A DNA stretch of 48,006 nucleotides from Candidatus Bathyarchaeota archaeon. Lineage in GTDB: Archaea > Thermoproteota > Bathyarchaeia > Bathyarchaeales > Bathycorpusculaceae. The DNA lies in contig CAVYHV010000025.1 in assembly GCA_963768425.1 (NCBI GenBank), positions 1 to 48,006 on the forward strand, given 5' to 3'. Under the pieces are notes generated by a model. It had not been told where the DNA came from and made no database searches. It was given only the letters and a program-made list of their open reading frames with translations. The number at the start of each line of letters is the position of its first letter. The stretch's first letter is position 1. The position numbers were made by a program, and so were the translations under genes. Below, piece by piece: positions 39,482-48,006 of the stretch.

Positions 39482-39937
39482 AAGGCTGCCTGTTTTCGCT
39501 TTAATTTCCAAACTGGCTTTCTTCAGATTCATTTGGTTTTCGAGCTATGCCTTTATCGGCTTGCTGAACCCTGCTTTTGTGAGCCCAATGCATGTTGAAA
39601 TACCGAAACGCCGTAACGAAGAAGGCTTTTCATCGCGCTTGCTCTTTTTCTGGGAACGCTAGCGACGCCAGTGATTAAGCCGTAAAGGGCGAGAGCGGTC
39701 ATGGTCAGGAATGTAGATTTCGAATAGACTGCAAGTTTCAATATGAGAAGGAATAGTTTTGAAAACACACCCTCTGACTTCCCTGAAAAGACAACCAAGC
39801 CCCTTTTCAATCAACAGTTATCTCCGCGGAAAAGAAAGTTAAGGGTTTTGCTTGATTCCTATCGTTCCTTTTCGTTGCAGCTTCCCAACAGAAGCTTTTA
39901 ACCAAACCCGCCGCTATTCAATAATCCGTGAACCAAC

Positions 39938-41284
39938 GTGATTGTTGATTCTGTCCTTAACAACGCCAAAGCCTACCTGAACGGGCAAATCGTCGAATGC
40001 AGCATAGCCATCGAAGAAGGCAAAATCTTCAAAATCGGCAAAGAAACCCAAATGCCCAGCGCCGACGAAAAAACCAACTTAAAAAGCCACCTTGTCCTGC
40101 CAGGCTTAATCGACGAACACGTGCACCTGCGCGACGAAGGGAAAGCGCACAAAGAAGATTTCTACAGTGGAACCGCCGCCGCAGCCGCAGGAGGTTTCAC
40201 AACAGTTCTCGATATGCCTAACAATGAACCCGTTACAATGAGTGTTGATACGCTGAGGAACCGCATGGCGTTGGCTCAAAGAAGAATTCTGGTAAACGTG
40301 GGGTTTTACTCTGAATTTCCGAAGAAACTTGCCGAAGTCCAGGACATAGTTTTCGAAGGAGCGGTTGGCTTTAAGCTTTTCATGGGATCCCAAGTGGGTG
40401 GATTGAATATTGACGATGACGAAGAGTTACTGGACGCCTTCAGGGAAGTTGCGCCGTTGGGTGAGGTTGTAGCAGTACACGCCGAAGACAAAGCCTTGCT
40501 CAAGGCAAACGAGACCAGACTCAAGCAAGCCAAAAAAGTTAGCGTCTCGGCTTTCCAAAATGCTCACTCTGAGGTCGTTGAATCTAAAGCCATCCAACGC
40601 TTGCTGAAAATAAGTGAACCGACTAGTGTGCGCCTCCATTTTTGTCATGTTTCAACGAAAAACGGCTTGAACGCGATTGAGGAAGCAAAGAAAGCGGGTC
40701 GGAAAGTAACATGTGAAGTTACTCCAAACCATCTTTTGCTATCAACTGATGATTTGGGACGAGTAGGGCAAATGTTGATCATGGCGCCGCCGCTTCGAAG
40801 CGCTGATCAGGTTGAAGGGCTCTGGAAGGGTCTGGAGGTAGGTTGGATTGATTCTTTAGGGTCCGACCACGCACCACATACTGTGGAAGAGAAAGCTGCA
40901 AGCAGCGTTTGGGATGTCAAAGTAGGCGTTCCAGGATTAGAAACAACGTTGCCTCTTATGTTGACGGCAGTTAGGAAGAACCGTTTCTCTCTGAAGCAAG
41001 CCATGTCACTTTTGGCAGAGAATCCAGCTGATATTTTCGGTTTGAGCGACCGTGGTCGTTTGGAGCAGGGAAAGAGTGCGGATTTAGCGGTTGTGGATTT
41101 CAATGCTAAATTTGAGATTGATGCTTCAAAATTTAAGTCTAAAGCAAAATTTTCCCCCTTTGATGGGTGGGAAGTGCAAGGTAAGCCTGAGAAAACCTTC
41201 GTCGGAGGGCTTCTTGTTTTTGATGAGGGCGAAATAGTCGCGAAGGCGGGAATTGGCTCTCTTGTTCGGAGAGGCTCCCCTTGA
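39938..41284 (+). CDS. pyrC: Dihydroorotase family amidohydrolase
   Basis: PGLIDEHVHLRD, DMPN, HAED, HVST, EVTPNHL, GSDHAPH. Confidence 0.9.
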   Translation: MIVDSVLNNAKAYLNGQIVECSIAIEEGKIFKIGKETQMPSADEKTNLKSHLVLPGLIDEHVHLRDEGKAHKEDFYSGTAAAAAGGFTTVLDMPNNEPVTMSVDTLRNRMALAQRRILVNVGFYSEFPKKLAEVQDIVFEGAVGFKLFMGSQVGGLNIDDDEELLDAFREVAPLGEVVAVHAEDKALLKANETRLKQAKKVSVSAFQNAHSEVVESKAIQRLLKISEPTSVRLHFCHVSTKNGLNAIEEAKKAGRKVTCEVTPNHLLLSTDDLGRVGQMLIMAPPLRSADQVEGLWKGLEVGWIDSLGSDHAPHTVEEKAASSVWDVKVGVPGLETTLPLMLTAVRKNRFSLKQAMSLLAENPADIFGLSDRGRLEQGKSADLAVVDFNAKFEIDASKFKSKAKFSPFDGWEVQGKPEKTFVGGLLVFDEGEIVAKAGIGSLVRRGSP

Positions 41285-41775
41285 AGTTCTTAGCTGATAG
41301 CATGCTGGGGAAACTTTCACGTTGGCTACGCATGCTAGGTCAAGATGTTACCTACAACGTTCAACTGAACGATAACGAGCTTTTGGGCTTGTCGAAGAAG
41401 GAAAGCCGCTTTTTGCTGACTAAAGATTTGGAGCTTTACCGACGTGCATCCGCGATTGGGGTTGACGCTTTTTTTGTTGAAGGCAAATCGGAATCTGAAA
41501 GATTGGCTGAAGTTGCTGATAGATGCGGGTTGACCTTGGAGGTTGATATGGAAAAATCTTATTGCCCCATCTGCAACACCAAGCTTAAGACTACCCCGAA
41601 AGAACGGCTTTCAGGCGAGCTTCAGACGAACACCTATACCTACTACGATAAATTCTGGAAGTGCCCAAACTGTGGACAAATCTACTGGCAGGGAGCTCAC
41701 TGGAATCAAATTACCATCACCCTGTATGAAGCGCAGACGAAACTGCAAAAATTAAAAGAAAAAATAGAATCTTAA
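41281..41775 (+). CDS. Mut7-C RNase domain protein
   Basis: [28 protein letters not shown]...[13 protein letters not shown]. Confidence 0.92.
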   Translation: MKFLADSMLGKLSRWLRMLGQDVTYNVQLNDNELLGLSKKESRFLLTKDLELYRRASAIGVDAFFVEGKSESERLAEVADRCGLTLEVDMEKSYCPICNTKLKTTPKERLSGELQTNTYTYYDKFWKCPNCGQIYWQGAHWNQITITLYEAQTKLQKLKEKIES

Positions 41776-42014
41776 GATAGCCATTTCAAAGGTATGTCTT
41801 GGAATGTTCCATCGGGCAATGTTCGCCTAATAGTTATTGGAAGAATTGATGCATCAAGTTCTTTTAACGCTATGTCGATTGGGTTAGTATTTTCACTTGC
41901 ATCCACCAAAATCGGCGCTCCCATCGAGATTTGAAGAGCTCTAGCTCCAACAATTCTTGCTTTCTCGAAGCGAGTAATTTTGGGTGGTCCAACAATTATT
42001 TTTTGTTCTGACGT
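41772..42014 (-). CDS. rpoK: RNA polymerase subunit Rpo6 (K), absent from the ORF track; apparent ACG start
   Basis: Manual translation [33 protein letters not shown]...DIALKEL...[12 protein letters not shown]; GGAG upstream of ACG at 42014. Confidence 0.93.
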   Translation of the reverse strand, partial: TSEQKIIVGPPKITRFEKARIVGARALQISMGAPILVDASENTNPIDIALKELDASILPITIRRTLPDGTFQDIPLKWLS

Positions 42015-42028
42015 TTTTTGTTCTCTCC

Positions 42029-43678
42029 TTAGTAGGGCATTCCGCCCATACCGCCCATTCCCCCTGGAGGCATCGGTGGGCTCTTCATTTTGCCTGAGGC
42101 GATGACATCGTCGATCTTGAGTATCATGGATGCTGCTTCATTTGCGGATTTTATTATTTGTTTCTTGACTGAGAGCGGTTCAAATATGTTTACTTTTGAC
42201 ATGTCCTTTATTTTTCCTTCTAAAACTTCAATGCCAGCCCATGTTTCTCCTTTTTCATGTCTGGTTCTCAGTTCCACAAGTATGTCAATGGGGTCTAATC
42301 CGGCGTTTTCAGCCAGTGTTACGGGTATAGATTCGAGGGATTCTGCGAAAATTCTGATTGCCAACTGTTCTCTTCCTGTAACAGATTCAGCATACTTCCT
42401 AAGTACGCTAGCCATTTCCATTTCGGGTGCGCCTCCTCCAGCAACGATTTTGGGCTCTTGAATTAAGTCTCTGATTACGCAGAGTGCGTCGTGTATTGAG
42501 CGTTCTGCCTCGGCGGTCATGCGTTGTGTTGCGCCCCTGATTAGGATGGTTACTGCCTTTGGGTTTTTGCATCCTTCGATAAAAGTCATCTTGTCATCAG
42601 CGATTTTGCGTTCCTCAACCAAAGCTGCGTATCCAAGGTCGGTCGCCGCAAGGGCATCTATACTTGAAACTATTTTTCCGCCGGTGGCTCTAGCCAGCTT
42701 TTCCATGTCAGATTTCTTGGCTCTTCTAATTGCGATTACTCCTTTTCTTGAAAGGAAATGCTGAACCATGTCATCTATGCCTTTTTGGCATACTACGACG
42801 TTTGCTCCTGATGCCAAGATTTTGTTTGTCATGTCACGCAGCATTGTTTCTTCTTCGTTTAGGAAGGCTTCAATCATTTCCGGGGTTTCAATGTTTATTT
42901 TGGAGTCTAATTCGGTTTTTTCAATTTCCAAAGAAGCATCAATCAATGCAATCTTGGCTTTCTCTATTCGCTTAGGCATACCCGACTGAACAATTTCTTT
43001 ATCTAAAACTATGCCGTAAATAAGTGTCGTATCGCTGAGTGACTCGCCTGTTTTCTTCTCAATCTTCACATCGTCAACATCTACCTTGTATACGCCATTT
43101 TGCTTTTCCGCGACTGCAAGCATCGCTTTAACAGTTAAATCAGCTAAGTAATCTTTGTGTTCAGCTACGATTTTGCTTCCCATTGATGTTGTGGCTGCTT
43201 TTTTCAGAAAGTCCTGCGATTTCAAATCGACAGGAATGGCTATTTTCTCAAGGGTTTTAAGTGCTTTGTCAGCTGCCTTTCTGTAACCGTCAATTATCGT
43301 TGTTGGGTGAACGTTTTTGTCGATTAGTTCTTCTGCTCGGCTAAGTAGTTCGCCTGCTATTATGACTGCAGAGGTAGTTCCGTCGCCTGCTTCATTGTCC
43401 TGTGTTTTGGCTACTTCAACGAGCATTTTGGCTGCTGGATGTTGGACATCCATCTCATCCAAAATAGTGCGACCATCGCTTGTTATCGTGGTGTCTCCAA
43501 AGTTGTCGACTAACATTTTATCCATGCCTTTTGGACCTAAAGCGCTTCTGACGCTTTCAGCAATAACTTTGGCAGCAGTGATGTTTCCGTGCTGTGCTTC
43601 TCTTCCACGGGACCTGTTTGATCCTTCCTTCATAACGAGAACGGGTACCCCGCCTGCCTGTGTTGGAAATGATGACAA
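42029..43678 (-). CDS. ths: Thermosome (group II chaperonin) subunit
   Basis: [25 protein letters not shown] tail; TTG start at 43678 with GGAGG upstream. Confidence 0.96.
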   Translation of the reverse strand: MSSFPTQAGGVPVLVMKEGSNRSRGREAQHGNITAAKVIAESVRSALGPKGMDKMLVDNFGDTTITSDGRTILDEMDVQHPAAKMLVEVAKTQDNEAGDGTTSAVIIAGELLSRAEELIDKNVHPTTIIDGYRKAADKALKTLEKIAIPVDLKSQDFLKKAATTSMGSKIVAEHKDYLADLTVKAMLAVAEKQNGVYKVDVDDVKIEKKTGESLSDTTLIYGIVLDKEIVQSGMPKRIEKAKIALIDASLEIEKTELDSKINIETPEMIEAFLNEEETMLRDMTNKILASGANVVVCQKGIDDMVQHFLSRKGVIAIRRAKKSDMEKLARATGGKIVSSIDALAATDLGYAALVEERKIADDKMTFIEGCKNPKAVTILIRGATQRMTAEAERSIHDALCVIRDLIQEPKIVAGGGAPEMEMASVLRKYAESVTGREQLAIRIFAESLESIPVTLAENAGLDPIDILVELRTRHEKGETWAGIEVLEGKIKDMSKVNIFEPLSVKKQIIKSANEAASMILKIDDVIASGKMKSPPMPPGGMGGMGGMPY

Positions 43679-43832
43679 ATCAGTAAACCTCCATTTATAA
43701 TGCGAACAACAACAAATATTACTAGCCATATAAGTTTTTCTAGGCAGGGTATGACGATTAAAGCCTAGGCGTAGCGTTTTTGCATCATTTTGCCATTTTT
43801 CGGGGTTTTCTTGTTTTCTTTTCCGCCGTGGG

Positions 43833-44336
43833 TTAATAGATTGAAACTTTGGCTATCCCTGTAATCTTTAGCAGCTCAGGAATTAATTCTCCTGGAATTT
43901 TCTTCTCAACTATCAGGGTGAGTTTCGGTTCAGGCGAAAGTTCAGGATCGTCTACTATGGCCTGCCTAATGCTCAACCCTGCTTTGTTCAGTAACATTGC
44001 GGCGTTGGATAAGATACCCGGGGACTTTGCATTCACAGGCGTTATCTCTAAGACCCCTAGATTGAGATGTTTTGCTATTTCTTTAAGTGAATGCCCTGCG
44101 GGGCGCATTTCTTCAAAAATCAGTTTGAGTTCAGCATCGGATTCTATTGAGTGCAATGTTTCGTTTACTGTTCGCCGGTCCACACCGGCGGCTCTTGCTA
44201 CGCGTACGGGCGGGATTTCGATTTGGTTTAGGCATATTTTGTCGTTTTGGACGCTTAAACCGTTTTCTATTAGGACGCGTGCTACTTTGAGTCTTTCGGG
44301 GTAGTCTTGCAACTGGTCTTTAATCATGTTCCACAT
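43833..44336 (-). CDS. TrpY-like HTH + ACT regulator
   Basis: VARAAGVDRRTV HTH; C-terminal ACT-like PGILS..SIRQA..DDPE; divergent from trpB2. Confidence 0.8.
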   Translation of the reverse strand: MWNMIKDQLQDYPERLKVARVLIENGLSVQNDKICLNQIEIPPVRVARAAGVDRRTVNETLHSIESDAELKLIFEEMRPAGHSLKEIAKHLNLGVLEITPVNAKSPGILSNAAMLLNKAGLSIRQAIVDDPELSPEPKLTLIVEKKIPGELIPELLKITGIAKVSIY

Positions 44337-44400
44337 TTGTTTCGCTTGTGTGTTTTTGTTCTTCTAAGTATAAATATGTTGTTTGTGTTTACTTTTGCTA

Positions 44401-44447
44401 TGTACATAAGTGTACACAAAAGTTTTAAATAAAACTTTAAAGTACAC
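44401..44447. promoter_or_regulatory. TRP-box-like operator between regulator and trpB2
   Basis: TGTACA at 44401-44406 and 44411-44416 (4 bp apart), AGTACA at 44441-44446; inverted repeat AAAGTTTTA/TAAAACTTT around a TTTAAATA TATA-like box. Confidence 0.75.
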
Positions 44448-44479
44448 TTCTCTGCCTTCAACTAAAAGGACGAAAAAAT

Positions 44480-45898
44480 ATGCCAACCACCATGAAAAAA
44501 ATATTCCTACCCGAAGAAGATATCCCAAAAAAATGGTATAATATAGTACCCGACCTGCCAAAGCCGCTTCCACCATTTATTGACCCAGCAACGAAGCAGC
44601 CTGGCGTCGGAATTGTCCCAAGAATTTTCCCAAAAGAAATTATCGGCCAAGAAATAAGTCAGGAGCGATGGATAGATGTTCCTGACGAGGTGCGAGAGGT
44701 ATACCGTATCTGGCGTCCCTCACCGCTATTCAGAGCTCTTAATTTGGAAAAAGCGTTGAAAACACCCGCTAAAATCTACTATAAGTATGAAGGCGTCAGC
44801 CCAGCAGGAAGCCACAAACCCAACACCGCGGTACCTCAAGCATATTACAACATGAAAGAAGGCACCGAACGCTTATCTACAGAAACGGGCGCGGGCCAGT
44901 GGGGTTCAGCTTTGGCGTTTGCAGCCATGACTTTCGGGCTAAAAGCCACTGTTTACATGGTGCGTGCAAGCTATGATCAGAAGCCTTATCGAAAGATGAT
45001 GATGAAAGCCTTCGGTGCAGAATGCATTGCAAGTCCAAGCAACAAAACTGAGGCGGGAAGAAAAATCCTTGCGGAGGACCCGGATAACAAAGGCAGCCTC
45101 GGCATAGCCATCAGCGAAGCAGTCGAAGATGCACTTGTCAACGAAAAAGAAACTAACTACGCGATCGGCAGCGTTTTCAATCACGTTTGCTTACACCAGA
45201 CCGTTGAAGGTTTAGAAGCTAAGAAGCAACTTGAACTGGTGGATGATTATCCCGACGTGGTCTACGGCTGCATAGGCGGCGGTAGCAGTTTCAACGGTTT
45301 GATGTGGCCATTCTATTATGACCAAGTTTCAAAGAAGGCACCTAAGGAAACAAAGTTCGTCGCGACTGAAGCTACTGCCTGTCCAAAAGTAACAAAAGGA
45401 TATTACCAATATGATCACGGCGACACAGCAAAACTGACACCGCTTGTCCCAATGCACACAATTGGTCACGACTTCATCCCTGCACCTATACACGCAGGCG
45501 GATTACGTTACCACGGTATATCCCCAGTAATAAGCGTCTTAGCGCAGGAGAAAAAGATGACGACTGAAGCTTTCAACCAACTAGAGGTTTTTGACGCCGC
45601 GAAACTATTCCTCCAAACCGAAGGCATCATCCCAGCGCCTGAACCATCCCACGCGATCAAAGGCGTTGTTGATGAGGCACTTCGCTGCAAGAAGACAGGG
45701 GAAGCAAAAACTATCCTGTTTGTTCTCTGCGGACACGGCTATTTCGACATGGCAGCCTATGACGAATACTTTAGCGGCAACCTGCAACCCTACGAATACC
45801 CAGCCCAGAAAGTCGAAGAATCAATGAAGAAACTGAACAAACTCTATCCGTGGCTCGACGAAGTCAACAAGAAATACATAAGCTGCGAAACCATTTAA
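44480..45898 (+). CDS. trpB2: Tryptophan synthase beta chain type 2 (TrpB2)
   Basis: GSHKPNTA (PLP lysine), [33 protein letters not shown]. Confidence 0.93.
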   Translation: MPTTMKKIFLPEEDIPKKWYNIVPDLPKPLPPFIDPATKQPGVGIVPRIFPKEIIGQEISQERWIDVPDEVREVYRIWRPSPLFRALNLEKALKTPAKIYYKYEGVSPAGSHKPNTAVPQAYYNMKEGTERLSTETGAGQWGSALAFAAMTFGLKATVYMVRASYDQKPYRKMMMKAFGAECIASPSNKTEAGRKILAEDPDNKGSLGIAISEAVEDALVNEKETNYAIGSVFNHVCLHQTVEGLEAKKQLELVDDYPDVVYGCIGGGSSFNGLMWPFYYDQVSKKAPKETKFVATEATACPKVTKGYYQYDHGDTAKLTPLVPMHTIGHDFIPAPIHAGGLRYHGISPVISVLAQEKKMTTEAFNQLEVFDAAKLFLQTEGIIPAPEPSHAIKGVVDEALRCKKTGEAKTILFVLCGHGYFDMAAYDEYFSGNLQPYEYPAQKVEESMKKLNKLYPWLDEVNKKYISCETI

Positions 45899-46360
45899 AA
45901 CCCCAACTCTCCAACTTTTCTTTTTTTGTTTGACTCAAAAAAGCATTCTTGTGTCACCGTTGACGGAAGCCAGCAGCCCACAAGGTGCTTTGCTAATTTC
46001 AATAAATCTGCCCATGAATTATATAGCCTTATCACTTCGTCGTGGAGATTTTTCAGATTAAACAGATTTCACTAGGTGTTTTATGTTTTTTAACTAATAC
46101 AATTTTTGACGCGAAGGAACTTTAATGGACTTCTGCAGACTATAAGCGAGTCAAAAAGACAGTAGAGGACTTTAACCATGGGAAACGGTGCTAAAGGATA
46201 CAACCTGCAAATGATTCAAACTTCTCCACAAAAAAGCAACTTAAGGCACAGAGTACAAAAAATCTCTTTTCTAACCCACTCTGTCAATCAAGCTTTCTGG
46301 AACATGCCTCTAAAGGTTACCTGGTTAGCTAAAGGCGACAAACTCATTTCTTTATTCTGT

Positions 46361-46420
46361 GAATTGTCAAATTTTGTCATAAATTGTCATTTTTTGTCAA
46401 ATATTGTCAAATATTGTATC
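46361..46420. repeat. 10-bp-period tandem array with TTGTCA core
   Basis: TTGTCA at 46364, 46374, 46384, 46394, 46404 and TTGTAT at 46414. Confidence 0.88.
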
Positions 46421-46653
46421 AATGTGCAAGCGATTCAAGCTCTGCTTTAAAAAAGCAACCCAAAACACAAACACAAAAAATTGCCGTATTCCCTTCACGC
46501 AAAAACAGCTTATTCAAATCTTTTAAGAACTCAGCATTAAAAACCCAAAAATTAACGTTCCTCAACAAATTTCAGGTGTAACTATAGAAGCATTTAACTC
46601 AAATAGACATGTTTTTCTTTTTGTTTAAGCAACCCAATGCTTAGGTTGTTCGA

Positions 46654-47790
46654 TTGTCAGCTCCCGAGAAAAATCTGCCTAAAAGAAACGTTGGCTTCAT
46701 CGTTAACCCAGTTGCAGGAATGGGCGGCGCAGTTGGGCTAAAAGGAACAGACGGCAAAACCATTCTAGCCAAAGCGATAACTCTGGGTGCAAAACCGGTA
46801 GCCTCTCATAGAGCGGAAACTTTTCTCGCTGGACTGGTTGCCGTTAAAGAAAGCCTCCGTTTAGTTGTTGGAGCCTGCAACATGGGCGAGACTGAGGCAA
46901 AAAAATGCGGCTTCACTTGCAAAGGGATAGGCGATAGTAAAGAAGAAACCACACCTGATGACACGCAAAATGCTGCTCGAGAAATGATAAATCAACGGGT
47001 AGATTTGCTCGTTTTCTGCGGTGGTGACGGAACAGCACGCGACATTTACAAAGCCGTCGGCCTAAACGTTCCGGTGCTTGGCGTTCCGACAGGCGTCAAA
47101 ATGCACAGCGCCCTCTTCGCTGTAACCCCTCAAGCCGCCGCAAGAGTCGCGATAGGGTACCTTTGGGGCGGGTTGCCACTGCGGGAAGCCGAGGTCATGG
47201 ATATTGACGAGGAAGCATTCCGGGCGGGTCGTCTTTCCGCGGAACTTTACGGTTACATGCTTAGTCCATTCGAGCCACATTTAATTCAGGGAAACAAACT
47301 TGAAAGCCCCACCACTGAAAATGAGGTACGTAACCAAGCGGCAATCGCCATATACATCATAGAAGAAATGAAACCCGAAATCATCTACATCCTTGGGCCG
47401 GGAACCACAACCCGTACAATAAGCGACCTCTTGGACGAGAAGAAAACCCTGCTGGGAATTGACCTTTTCCAAAACAAAAAGATAATTTTACGCGATGCAA
47501 ACGAAAAACAAATTCTAGAAACTATTGCAGGCAAGGTTACGAGGGTTGTTGTGACGCCGATTGGTGGCCAGGGCTTCGTTTTTGGAAGGGGCAACCAGCA
47601 GATAAGCGCCAAAGTCATCCGCCAGGTAGGCATCGACAACATTATTGTGGTTGCATCTAAAAGTAAGTTGGACAAGTTGAAGAGTTTAAGGGTTGACACT
47701 GGCGATTCAGAGTTAGACATGGAATTTCGAGCCCGCGGAATCAGAGTTATAACTGACTACAAGACCAAGCAACAAATCCTAATCGAATAA
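46654..47790 (+). CDS. ATP-NAD/AcoX kinase family protein
   Basis: NPVAGMGGAVGLKGTDG, GGDGTARD, GVKMHS, GQGFVFGRGNQQ, LRVDTGD. Confidence 0.9.
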   Translation: MSAPEKNLPKRNVGFIVNPVAGMGGAVGLKGTDGKTILAKAITLGAKPVASHRAETFLAGLVAVKESLRLVVGACNMGETEAKKCGFTCKGIGDSKEETTPDDTQNAAREMINQRVDLLVFCGGDGTARDIYKAVGLNVPVLGVPTGVKMHSALFAVTPQAAARVAIGYLWGGLPLREAEVMDIDEEAFRAGRLSAELYGYMLSPFEPHLIQGNKLESPTTENEVRNQAAIAIYIIEEMKPEIIYILGPGTTTRTISDLLDEKKTLLGIDLFQNKKIILRDANEKQILETIAGKVTRVVVTPIGGQGFVFGRGNQQISAKVIRQVGIDNIIVVASKSKLDKLKSLRVDTGDSELDMEFRARGIRVITDYKTKQQILIE

Positions 47791-48006
47791 CTTTCGGGTT
47801 GTTTTCACTCCCAAATCTTGCTTGTCCAGTGCCTTCCATATCTGTTCTCTGATTGGACGTTTCGATTTTTCCGTCGGAAGCACCCTGGAAACAACATTTT
47901 TTGCCTGTGAATTCACCGACTAAATCTTGCCACGAAAAATTACCTCAAAATAAACTGAGAACAAGTTTTTTATCAGCTTATGCCGTCGTGGCGTTGCTGT
48001 CATCGA

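Noticed and set aside
39553-39810. 85-aa minus-strand ORF between the CBS gene and pyrC
   Set aside because: No recognisable motif; it may be a remnant, but coding status cannot be supported.
46178-46581. ORFs 46178..46450 and 46384..46581
   Set aside because: They overlap the AT-rich tandem array and have no protein-like features.
130-47720. Many short antisense or alternate-frame ORFs in the track
   Set aside because: They are shadows of confidently identified genes.
47791-48006. Possible gene end at the right edge
   Set aside because: Too little sequence to assign a reading frame.

Overview
A mostly core archaeal chromosomal segment. The gene content (eS26, eS1, eS6, aIF2-gamma, Rpo6/Rpo7/Spt4, thermosome, class I LysRS, CofD, Fae-Hps fusion) fits a TACK archaeon, most plausibly Bathyarchaeia (inference). 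It holds two ribosomal/transcription clusters, transporters, nucleotide and cofactor enzymes, an intact tRNA-Arg(GCG), a degenerate tRNA-Glu(TTC) copy and a decayed histidine kinase. Notable features not shown by the ORF track are: (i) a 377-bp non-coding MITE-like element (25246-25622) with 20-bp imperfect TIRs, a 12-13 bp target duplication and an internally duplicated palindrome module, just upstream of an SPFH operon; (ii) an HTH-like domain fused N-terminally to Fae-Hps; (iii) a strictly 10-bp-phased TTGTCA array; (iv) an rpoK gene with an ACG start; (v) a TrpY-like regulator divergent from trpB2 with TGTACA boxes between them. Three genes carry single +1 frameshifts, one in a gene expected to be needed for CoA synthesis, so the sequence probably contains indel errors. 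Single-base oddities should be read with that in mind. All product calls come from recognising motifs by eye, not from database searches.
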